Below are positions 37,447 to 45,166 of a stretch of DNA of 64,000 nt, in pieces. Source of the DNA: Bacilli bacterium (GTDB lineage: Bacteria > Bacillota_I > Bacilli_A > RF39 > UBA660); the NCBI GenBank assembly GCA_017459425.1, contig JAFUCZ010000030.1:4096-68095 (forward strand). The letters are read 5' to 3'. Each line of letters opens with the position of its first letter. The first letter of the stretch is position 1. The notes beneath the pieces were generated by a model, which saw only the letters and a list, made by a program, of their open reading frames with translations, was not told the origin of the DNA and did no database searches. A program made the position numbers and the translations under genes.

Positions 37447-38642
37447 TGGATAATATGTTTGCCCAAATTGATTTTGGGCCAGTTAAAGAGTATTTAGAAA
37501 ATGATGATGTAACTGATATTTCTTATAGTAATAATGGTCAGTTATGGTTAAAAACGTTATCACGTGGTATTTTTAGAATTGAAAATGAGCAGGTAAATAA
37601 TGCTTTCATGGAAAAACTAGCCTTTCAATGTTCTAATGCAATGGGTAAGTCATTTAATATGGCCCATCCATTCTTAGATGCTGAAAGTGCAGAATTACGT
37701 CTTAATTTTGTGCATGATTCTATTGCGAAAAATGGGATTGCGGTGGTTATGAGAAAGACACCTGCAAAAATAAGACTTCAAAAAGAAAAAATAATTGAGG
37801 ATAGATATATTGAACTTGATATACATGATTTTTTAATTCAATGTGTATTAGGACATTGCAATATAATTGTATGTGGTGAAACTGGTAGTGGTAAAACAGA
37901 GTTTGTTAAGTATTTAGCAGCTCATACTGTAGAAAATGAAAAAATAATTACAATTGAGGATACTTTGGAATTGCACTTAGATAGAATTTTCCCACATAGA
38001 GATATTGTTGCAATGAAAACAAACAATATTGCAGCTTATAGTGATGTATTAGTAACGTGTATGAGACAAAATCCTAAATGGATATTACTATCAGAAGTCC
38101 GTAGTGCTGAAGCTGTAATGGCTGTTCGTAACTCTATTTCTTCAGGACATTATATTTTATCTACAATACACGCAGATAAAGCATCTTCTATTCCTAATCG
38201 TATGTATAGTTTACTTGAAACTAATCAAGATATTGAACAATTTTTAAAATCTATTTATAGGTATATTCAAATTGGTGTATATATAAGAGGTTATCAAGAT
38301 AAAACTACAAAACAGTTTAGAAGAGAAATTGCTGAAGTAACGGAATTTTATGTTACTGAAGATAATAAAGCTGAATATAATACAATTTATAAAAAGACTC
38401 CAGATGGTAAGATAACACGAAGAAATGTAAGTAAATATTTACTTGATTATTTAGAGGCTCAAGGAGTAACTTTACCTAAGGATGTTGTAAAAGGTGATGA
38501 AGAAGTTAAAGCAGCTGTGACAGAATCGTATCAGTCACCTACAACTGGTGTATTAAATGCTCAGACTGCCAATGTTAAACAAAATGATGCTGATGTATTA
38601 ACTTCTGAACCAGTTAAAAGTGAAATTGAAAGTTTATTTTAA
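37446..38642 (+). CDS. tadA: TadA/CpaF-type secretion ATPase (T2SSE superfamily)
   Basis: Walker A GETGSGKTE, Asp box ITIEDTLEL, Walker B WILLSEVR, His box LSTIHA. TAATG overlap with cpaB. Followed by two TadB/C-like genes. Confidence 0.85.
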   Translation: MDNMFAQIDFGPVKEYLENDDVTDISYSNNGQLWLKTLSRGIFRIENEQVNNAFMEKLAFQCSNAMGKSFNMAHPFLDAESAELRLNFVHDSIAKNGIAVVMRKTPAKIRLQKEKIIEDRYIELDIHDFLIQCVLGHCNIIVCGETGSGKTEFVKYLAAHTVENEKIITIEDTLELHLDRIFPHRDIVAMKTNNIAAYSDVLVTCMRQNPKWILLSEVRSAEAVMAVRNSISSGHYILSTIHADKASSIPNRMYSLLETNQDIEQFLKSIYRYIQIGVYIRGYQDKTTKQFRREIAEVTEFYVTEDNKAEYNTIYKKTPDGKITRRNVSKYLLDYLEAQGVTLPKDVVKGDEEVKAAVTESYQSPTTGVLNAQTANVKQNDADVLTSEPVKSEIESLF

Positions 38643-38654
38643 GGAGGTATTTTT

Positions 38655-39557
38655 ATGCAAGGGTTAGTATTTGTTTTATTACTATTTATAGTAGTATTTG
38701 TCGTTGTGTATAGAAAACACAGTGGCGAAAATGTATATAAATACATTGTTAAAGAAGTTGGCGTTGTATATGATAAATATGCTCCTTATTCATTTAAACA
38801 AGTACGTGAAAAAGTAAAGGAATTAGGCCAAGAATATACTCCACGTCAATACACAATTCAAGTTGTTGCATTTGCTGGTGGAGCTGCAGTGGTATCATTT
38901 TTATATTTTTATAATTTGATTGTATGCTTATTTTATATAGCAGGCGCTATTGCTATTATTCCTTATTTGACATATTTAAGATGTAAAAGATTATATAGTG
39001 AATTTGTTTTTGAACAAATTCAGGTATATACATCTAATGTTATTATGGAATTTGCTACTACACAATCATTTGTTAAATCTTTAGAGGGTGTTTATGAATC
39101 GGGAGTTTTAGAAGATCCTGTAAAAACAGATGTAAAAACTATGATTGACATGTCATATGAAAATGGTACTATTGATCAATCACTTGAATTTATGAATAAC
39201 AAGTATGATTATTATATTGTTAAAAATATGCATCAATTGTTTTTACAAATTACTAATGAAGGATCAAAGGATGCTGGACAATCACTTGACAATATGTCAC
39301 TTGACATAGATATGCTTGTTGAAAATGTATATAGAGATCGTATGGATAGAGCAGCATTTCATAAGAAATTTTTAAGATTTGGTATTGTTCTTTATTTAAT
39401 GGCTATGTTAGTTCAATTCTTGCTTGGAGTTGATACATATATTCAAATGCTTGATTTATGGTATATACAAGTTTTACTACATTTGATACTTTTAATTAAT
39501 ACATACTTTTTACTTAGTGGTGAAAAATATTATAATGAGAATGTGGGGGCTGAATAA
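38655..39557 (+). CDS. tadB: TadB-like pilus platform membrane protein (T2SSF-like)
   Basis: Topology typical of TadB/C: an N-terminal TM, a TM pair at about residues 70-105, a roughly 120-aa cytoplasmic helical domain, and C-terminal TMs. Position is right after the ATPase. Confidence 0.65.
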   Translation: MQGLVFVLLLFIVVFVVVYRKHSGENVYKYIVKEVGVVYDKYAPYSFKQVREKVKELGQEYTPRQYTIQVVAFAGGAAVVSFLYFYNLIVCLFYIAGAIAIIPYLTYLRCKRLYSEFVFEQIQVYTSNVIMEFATTQSFVKSLEGVYESGVLEDPVKTDVKTMIDMSYENGTIDQSLEFMNNKYDYYIVKNMHQLFLQITNEGSKDAGQSLDNMSLDIDMLVENVYRDRMDRAAFHKKFLRFGIVLYLMAMLVQFLLGVDTYIQMLDLWYIQVLLHLILLINTYFLLSGEKYYNENVGAE

Positions 39558-40342
39558 TGATTATATTTTTAGTAATTGCAGTAATTATATTAGTAGTTTT
39601 AGAAGCTAATAAAAAAATTAATTCAAAACAATTTATTAATGATTTAAACCCATATTTTAAATTCTTGATGGAAGATGATTATGTATTTTTAGCTGGTGTC
39701 AAATATGGTAATGACATTGATATTGAAAAGTTATTTAATATTAGAATACGTAATGGAGTTATAACTATTGCTGCGGTATTAATTCTTAGTCTATCAAGAC
39801 TTAACTTTGTTTTTGTACTTGCAGCAGTTGTACTTGGATTTGTTGTATTTAAAATGCCATATTTTCAATTGACAAGTTATTATAAGAAAAATTTGTATAC
39901 AATAAATTTAATGTTACCATACTATTTAAAGAGCTTAGAAATTTTAATTCAACATTATACTGTACCAGTTGCAATGGCACGAAGTATTGATACAGCACCT
40001 GAAATTTTTAAACCAGGATTACAAAGATTGGTTGAAAAAATTGAAGCGGGTAATTCTACAGTAGATCCTTATATGGATTTTGCAAAAGAATACCCAGTAA
40101 GAGATTCAATGCGTATGATGAGGCTTTTATATCGTTTGAGTTTAGGTTCTCAAGAAAATAAGCAAGCTCAACTTGAACAATTTTCAAAAACGGTTTCAAC
40201 TTTACAAAATAAATCTCGTGAGCAAAAATATAAAGATAGACTTGATACCATGGAAAAGAAAACTATGATAATGCTTGTTGCAACAGGTGGGGGAGTATTA
40301 TTACTACTATTTATGTCCCTTACAATGATGATTAATTTCTAA
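39557..40342 (+). CDS. tadC: TadC-like pilus platform membrane protein (T2SSF-like)
   Basis: Same topology as the upstream gene. TAATG translational coupling. C-terminal TM MIMLVATGGGVLLLLFMSLTMMI. Confidence 0.6.
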   Translation: MIIFLVIAVIILVVLEANKKINSKQFINDLNPYFKFLMEDDYVFLAGVKYGNDIDIEKLFNIRIRNGVITIAAVLILSLSRLNFVFVLAAVVLGFVVFKMPYFQLTSYYKKNLYTINLMLPYYLKSLEILIQHYTVPVAMARSIDTAPEIFKPGLQRLVEKIEAGNSTVDPYMDFAKEYPVRDSMRMMRLLYRLSLGSQENKQAQLEQFSKTVSTLQNKSREQKYKDRLDTMEKKTMIMLVATGGGVLLLLFMSLTMMINF

Positions 40343-40375
40343 TGTAAAGTAGTTGCAAAGTGTATTTAATTTAAA

Positions 40376-40404
40376 TTGATAAAAAAATTTAATCGTGTTA
40401 TACT
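40376..40404 (+). promoter_or_regulatory. Near-consensus extended -10 promoter in front of the pilin gene
   Basis: TTGATA (40376-40381), 17-nt spacer, TGtTATACT (TG 40396-40397; -10 at 40399-40404). AAGGTGGTGAGG RBS before ATG 40436. Confidence 0.55.
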
Positions 40405-40435
40405 AAAAATGTATAAGAGTAAGGTGGTGAGGTAA

Positions 40436-40639
40436 ATGAAAGAAGCAACAGGAGAAGCAAACATGACAGTAATTACAATCGTTATTATTGCATTAGTACT
40501 TGCAATAGGTACACCAATTGTTACGAATGTATTAAATAATTCAAAAAAAAGTTCATGCTGTGCATCAAATGGTGGAGTTTGGCAAGGTGGACAATGTAAA
40601 ACTGCTGATGGAACAGGAACGGTATCAACTGACTGTTAG
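40436..40639 (+). CDS. Small Flp-like pilin candidate (67 aa) with Cys-rich C-terminus
   Basis: Short charged leader MKEATG, then a hydrophobic helix EANMTVITIVIIALVLAIGTPIV, and a C-terminus with 4 Cys (SSCCASNGGVWQGGQCKTADGTGTVSTDC). Lies directly after tadC and before the TadE-like genes. Confidence 0.6.
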   Translation: MKEATGEANMTVITIVIIALVLAIGTPIVTNVLNNSKKSSCCASNGGVWQGGQCKTADGTGTVSTDC

Positions 40640-40659
40640 TTAAAAGAGAGGTGTAACTT

Positions 40660-41100
40660 ATGAAACAAAGTATTGGACAATCAGTATCAATTAATATAAT
40701 TGTTATATTCCTTGTTATTATGTTTGCGTTCATTGCTGGTATTTTAAGTTACACAAAAGCTTTTAAGGTAAATAGTAATATTAGTAAAGCTATTGAAACT
40801 AGTGAAGGATATAATAAAGTTTCAAAAAAAGAAATTGATAGGTTATTAACGGGACTGGGATATGTAAAAATGCCAGTTTCTTGTTCTGAAAAGGAAGATT
40901 CTGTTTTAGTAAATGATGGAAGCGAAGGTATATGTGTATATAAAATAAAAAATGACGTTAATGATTTGCATTATAGTTATAGAATAACTACATATATTAC
41001 TTTTGAAATTCCATTAATTGGACAAACTTTGCGTGTTCCTATTAATAGTAAAACAGATGATATTTATCGCTTTCAATATGTAGAAGAAGAGGGTGAGTAA
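40660..41100 (+). CDS. TadE-like pseudopilin
   Basis: Leader MKQSIG followed by helix QSVSINIIVIFLVIMFAFIAGIL and a roughly 110-aa globular domain. Paralog of the next ORF. Confidence 0.55.
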   Translation: MKQSIGQSVSINIIVIFLVIMFAFIAGILSYTKAFKVNSNISKAIETSEGYNKVSKKEIDRLLTGLGYVKMPVSCSEKEDSVLVNDGSEGICVYKIKNDVNDLHYSYRITTYITFEIPLIGQTLRVPINSKTDDIYRFQYVEEEGE

Positions 41101-41589
41101 ATGAAAGAATCAATTGGCAATACGTTAATACTTAACATTGTTATTGTTTTTGTAATAGTATTTATAGGCCTATTTGTTACTTCAATTACTTATTCAAAAG
41201 GATATAAAGTCAAAAATAGAATGATTGAAATAATTGAAAAGAAGTATCCAACTTGTGGTTCTGATATTGATGATTGTAATAAGTCTATAATGAATCAAAT
41301 TGAGTTGGAATTAAATAAAATTGGTTATAGAGGTGCGTATGGTAATTACAGTAAACAAACATGTGAAAATCATTTGAAAATTCCTGAAAATGTTGATTAT
41401 TCAGTAAAGTTTAGTGATAAATATCAGGTTTGCTTTGCACTTATTAATACTAAAGGCAGAGATAATAACCCATATGTTTATTATGCTGTAAATGCTTATA
41501 TGTATTTAGATTTACCTGTTATTGGTGATAGGTTACAAATACCTGTTCGAGGTGAGTCTAAAACTTTTATACCAGGATTAACTAGTTAA
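41101..41589 (+). CDS. TadE/TadF-like pseudopilin (paralog)
   Basis: Leader MKESIG followed by helix NTLILNIVIVFVIVFIGLFV. Shared C-terminal pattern (LPVIGDRLQIPVRGESK versus IPLIGQTLRVPINSKTD). Confidence 0.55.
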   Translation: MKESIGNTLILNIVIVFVIVFIGLFVTSITYSKGYKVKNRMIEIIEKKYPTCGSDIDDCNKSIMNQIELELNKIGYRGAYGNYSKQTCENHLKIPENVDYSVKFSDKYQVCFALINTKGRDNNPYVYYAVNAYMYLDLPVIGDRLQIPVRGESKTFIPGLTS

Positions 41590-41601
41590 TGGAGGGATAT
41601 C

Positions 41602-42597
41602 ATGAATGTTATTGTTGCTAATAAGTATCAAACTATGCTTCAAGGTTTAGATATTGATATTATTAAAACTATGTATGGTGAGTATGATGCTGATGAAATT
41701 GTATCTACATTTCAAAATTTTTATTTTCAACGAATGATTCTTGATATTACAGCTATTAAAAATTATAAAGATATTACTAATTTACAAAAATTATCCATTT
41801 CGCTTGATATGGATAAAGTGATTTTATTACTAGACGATTCGCCTGAGAGTACATCACCAGCATATCTATCTCAATTAATATCTATGGGTATATATAATTT
41901 TACTAAGGATATTGAGGGTATTATGTATTTATATAATAATCCTAATAGTTATAGGGATGTTGCGCATATTCATCAGTTAAATAGTATTCAGCCTACATAT
42001 AATGATGATTCTAATACTGCTGTTGAAAGTTTTGATGAAACAAAATCTCAAAGGATAATTGGTATTACTAATTTGTCAAAACAATCTGGGGCTACAACGC
42101 TTACATATATGATGAAAAATCAATTAAAACAAAAATACAGTGTAGTAGCACTTGAAGTCGATAAAAGAGAATTTATGTATTTTAATGATAAAGAACTTTT
42201 AAGTACTGTTAGTACAGCCGTTTCTGGTATTGTAGCTAAAAACAGTGATAAAGAAGTAATATTAATTGATACAAATGGCAGTAAAGAAGCAGAAAAATTA
42301 TGTACTGATATTATATATTTATTAGAACCTTCTACCATAAAGTTAAATAGGCTTTTATATACAGATAGAAACTTTATGACTAAAAATAAAAATAATAAGG
42401 TTGTATTAAATCAAAGTTTGTTAAATTCAAACGATGTTTCTGATTTTGAATATGAATCTAATTTGAAAATATTTTGTAATGTTCCCCCTCTTAATGAAAG
42501 AGATAAAGATATTACACCTTTAAATAAATTGTTGACAAAATTAGGGTTTACAAGATTTGCGGATGATGAACAAAAGAAGAAAAAAGGGTTTTTTTAA
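41602..42597 (+). CDS. tadZ: TadZ/CpaE-like pilus localisation protein with degenerate ParA/MinD-type P-loop
   Basis: Receiver-like N-terminal domain followed by IIGITNLSKQSGATTLTYMM, where KGGxGK(T/S) would be expected. The position in a Tad cluster supports the call. Confidence 0.5.
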   Translation: MNVIVANKYQTMLQGLDIDIIKTMYGEYDADEIVSTFQNFYFQRMILDITAIKNYKDITNLQKLSISLDMDKVILLLDDSPESTSPAYLSQLISMGIYNFTKDIEGIMYLYNNPNSYRDVAHIHQLNSIQPTYNDDSNTAVESFDETKSQRIIGITNLSKQSGATTLTYMMKNQLKQKYSVVALEVDKREFMYFNDKELLSTVSTAVSGIVAKNSDKEVILIDTNGSKEAEKLCTDIIYLLEPSTIKLNRLLYTDRNFMTKNKNNKVVLNQSLLNSNDVSDFEYESNLKIFCNVPPLNERDKDITPLNKLLTKLGFTRFADDEQKKKKGFF

Positions 42598-42620
42598 AAG
42601 CTAAAAATTTAGCTTTTTTG
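42597..42620 (+). terminator. Rho-independent terminator ending the pilin sub-operon
   Basis: Stem aaagcta/tagcttt, then TTTTTGTTTTTT. Confidence 0.65.
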
Positions 42621-42727
42621 TTTTTTGTAAAAATATATAGTTAATATTACAATATAGATTGTGACAATGCATATTTTTATTGATAAAAAACAATTGTTTT
42701 GCTATAATATGTTTAGCGGAGGTAATT

Positions 42728-43819
42728 ATGAAAGCTATTAAAGAATTTATAAGATTAAATAAAAAAATGTTTTATGTTTTTTGTGCTGTTATAGGTACAT
42801 TTATATTATTGTTAATTATTTTAGTGGTTGTAAAATTGGTTAAAGGTACTAAAATTAGTTATGATAAATTACAAGATAGAATGGTTACTGCAGCAGAAAA
42901 TTATTATGACGATAATCCTAAAACATTACCCAAAAATGAAGGTGAAGAAATAAGTGTTTCAATTGATACATTAGTCGATGAAGGATATTTAAGTTCATTA
43001 GAAAGATTAGTTGATGCAACATGTCGTGGTAATGTAATGGTTAAGAAAAACGGTGATCAATACATGTATTATCCATCTTTAGATTGTGGTAGTGAATATA
43101 AAACTAGAAGTTTAGGATCTATCATAACTGATCAAAGTAATGTTGTTGAATCTGGTGACGGATTATATAAATATAATGATGGCTATGTGTTTAGAGGTGA
43201 ATACGTAAATAATTATGTATCATTTGCTGATAGTGTATGGAGAATTATTAGTATAGATAATGCTGGAAATATTAGAATGATAAATGAAAAAGAAGAAAAT
43301 ACATATAATACTTGGGATGATAGATATAATATACATGAAAATAGATCTGTTGGAATAAACAATTATGATTTAAGTAGAATCAAAAAAAGCTTAGAAGAAA
43401 TATATGATGAATATGATAAAGAGGAAAAAAGACATATTATTAAACAAAATGTATGTGTACAAGGAAAGAGTGAATCTGATTCTTCAATTAACACTCACTT
43501 TTCATGTTCAAGTGTAGTAAGCAATCAATATGTAGGTGTTATAAGTATTAGTGATTTTGCACTTGCTAGTATTGATTCAAATTGTACAAGTATTTATAGT
43601 GATTCATGTTCAAATTACAATTATTTATATCCATTTATAAGTAATATGTGGACTAGTACTCCATATAGTGGCAATTCTTATCAAGCATATTATGTTGATT
43701 CATATGTGGATGTATCGAATGCTGAAAATATGAAGAGAATTTATCAAGTAATATCAATATCTGGCAAAGAGATTTATAAATCTGGTGCTGGTACATTAGA
43801 TAATCCATATAAATTATAA
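42728..43819 (+). CDS. N-terminally anchored extracytoplasmic protein, function unknown (links the pilus and T4SS modules)
   Basis: GGAGG RBS before ATG 42728. TM FYVFCAVIGTFILLLIILVVV. Ectodomain with several Cys and the GLYKYNDGYVFRGEYVNNYVSFADSVWRIISID block. Confidence 0.5.
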   Translation: MKAIKEFIRLNKKMFYVFCAVIGTFILLLIILVVVKLVKGTKISYDKLQDRMVTAAENYYDDNPKTLPKNEGEEISVSIDTLVDEGYLSSLERLVDATCRGNVMVKKNGDQYMYYPSLDCGSEYKTRSLGSIITDQSNVVESGDGLYKYNDGYVFRGEYVNNYVSFADSVWRIISIDNAGNIRMINEKEENTYNTWDDRYNIHENRSVGINNYDLSRIKKSLEEIYDEYDKEEKRHIIKQNVCVQGKSESDSSINTHFSCSSVVSNQYVGVISISDFALASIDSNCTSIYSDSCSNYNYLYPFISNMWTSTPYSGNSYQAYYVDSYVDVSNAENMKRIYQVISISGKEIYKSGAGTLDNPYKL

Positions 43820-43854
43820 TTTGTATTGCACTTTACATATTAAAATATAAAATA

Positions 43855-43883
43855 TTGACAATTTTTGATAAATGATATATTAT
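43855..43883 (+). promoter_or_regulatory. Putative sigma-A promoter of the VirB2-like gene
   Basis: Consensus TTGACA (43855-43860), 17-nt spacer, TATTAT (43878-43883). GGGAGGA RBS before ATG 43908. Confidence 0.45.
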
Positions 43884-43907
43884 ATATTCAAGAGGGAGGA
43901 TTTTATT

Positions 43908-44249
43908 ATGACAAATTTATTTAATGTGTTAGCTAGCTGTGGTAGTTTAACTTTTGATGCAAAATTACCTCAAACTACTTCTTTACTTGTAACAATTGTT
44001 CAAGTTGCAGTTCCAATTTTACTTATTTTCTTTGGAATGTTAGATTTAGGTAAAGCAGTAATTGCTCAAAAAGAAGATGAAATTAAAAAAGGACAACAAA
44101 CTTTTATAAAAAGAATAATCGCTGCTGTTATAGTATTCTTTGTAGTAGTTGTAGTTAAATTAGTAATTGGTTTAGTGGCTGATGACTCTGCAAAATCAGG
44201 TATAACAGGATGTATTGATTGTTTTATTAGTAATAAATGTGGTAAATAA
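43908..44249 (+). CDS. VirB2/TrbC-like (pilin-like) conjugal-transfer membrane protein, paralog A
   Basis: Two-TM hairpin core (LVTIVQVAVPILLIFFGMLDLGKAVIAQKEDEIKKGQQTFIKRIIAAVIVFFVVVVVKLVIGLV) shared with 54625 and 55897. Sits directly before the PrgI-like and VirB4 genes. Confidence 0.55.
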   Translation: MTNLFNVLASCGSLTFDAKLPQTTSLLVTIVQVAVPILLIFFGMLDLGKAVIAQKEDEIKKGQQTFIKRIIAAVIVFFVVVVVKLVIGLVADDSAKSGITGCIDCFISNKCGK

Positions 44250-44331
44250 AAAAACAATGATAAAAAAACTTTATTATTGTTTTTTTTTATGTTATAATAT
44301 TAAATGTAATAATATAGAATAGGGGTGGCAT

Positions 44332-44571
44332 ATGTTTTTAATTCCTGCAAACAGTAAAAAATCAATGCTTATATTTGGGCTTTTTAATACATTTGATTTA
44401 ATACTTGTATCTACTGGCATTGCAATAACTTTAGTATTATTGTTAGTTTTACCAATTGATCAAATGTTGTTTGCAATACTTGCAATTTTACCAGGTGTTA
44501 TTTGTGCATTTTTGGTTCTTCCGGTGCCAAATTACCACAATATTTTAACGGTTATTAAGTCTACTTTTTAA
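44332..44571 (+). CDS. PrgI/VirB3-like small membrane protein
   Basis: 79 aa with two TMs (MLIFGLFNTFDLILVSTGIAITLVLLLVL; FAILAILPGVICAFLVLPV). Sits immediately upstream of VirB4, as in Gram-positive T4SSs. Confidence 0.6.
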   Translation: MFLIPANSKKSMLIFGLFNTFDLILVSTGIAITLVLLLVLPIDQMLFAILAILPGVICAFLVLPVPNYHNILTVIKSTF

Positions 44572-44620
44572 TTTTTTACAAATAGGCAAAAATTCGTATG
44601 GAAAGGTTGGTGTTTTAACG

Positions 44621-45166
44621 ATGGCAAAGATGATACAGAGCAAGTACACGAATGATAATATTCCTGTACAAAGTATTACAAATGGGATGATTTATTTAGA
44701 TAATAAGCAAAAAGTTACAGGTATTAAAATACAACCACGTAATATTTTTATCCTTGATTATGAATCTCAAAATGCTATAGTCAATAATTTAAAAGATGTG
44801 TACAATATTATTGATTATGAATTTTGGATAATTGCTGCCGATAGACCAGTCGATATAAATGTGTATTTATCTCAACTTCAATTACTTTTTAATTCTACGA
44901 ATAGCCAAATAAGAAGAAAGATGATATTAGAAGATATAAATAAGGCAAATATGTTTATGAATAATAACATTGTTGATACTGAATATTATTTATTATTTAA
45001 AGAAAAAAGTGATGATGTTATTCAAAAACGTATACGTAATTTAATTAATGCTTTTGCATCAGCTGGACTTAATACTAAACAAGTTACTAATGATGATTTA
45101 AGAATAATTTTGGATAATTTCTTAAATGGTGGTACTACTACTACTTTTGGGACGGTGATTAGTTAA
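44621..45166 (+). CDS. virB4: VirB4-family ATPase, N-terminal domain encoded as a separate ORF
   Basis: IPVQSITNGMIYLDNKQKVTGIKIQPRNIFILDYESQNAIVNNL... matches the N-terminal domain of Gram-positive VirB4 proteins (Tn916 Orf16/PrgJ type, from memory). The stop overlaps the next ATG (TAATG). Confidence 0.7.
   Translation: MAKMIQSKYTNDNIPVQSITNGMIYLDNKQKVTGIKIQPRNIFILDYESQNAIVNNLKDVYNIIDYEFWIIAADRPVDINVYLSQLQLLFNSTNSQIRRKMILEDINKANMFMNNNIVDTEYYLLFKEKSDDVIQKRIRNLINAFASAGLNTKQVTNDDLRIILDNFLNGGTTTTFGTVIS

Noticed and set aside
37446-38642. Interpreting the secretion ATPase as the VirB11 component of the T4SS rather than TadA.
   Set aside because: It is chained by overlaps to a SAF/CpaB-like gene upstream and two TadB/TadC-topology genes downstream, and it is followed by pilin and pseudopilin genes. 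Gram-positive T4SSs normally lack VirB11. Phylogenetic placement would be needed to settle this formally.
44569-44655. In-frame TAA at the end of the PrgI-like gene, followed by 27 sense codons (FFTNRQKFVWKGWCFNDGKDDTEQVHE), suggesting an interrupted longer protein.
   Set aside because: A 27-codon open stretch is not very improbable by chance, and it overlaps the well-supported VirB4 start and RBS in another frame. I cannot verify from memory that the extension is conserved in the family.
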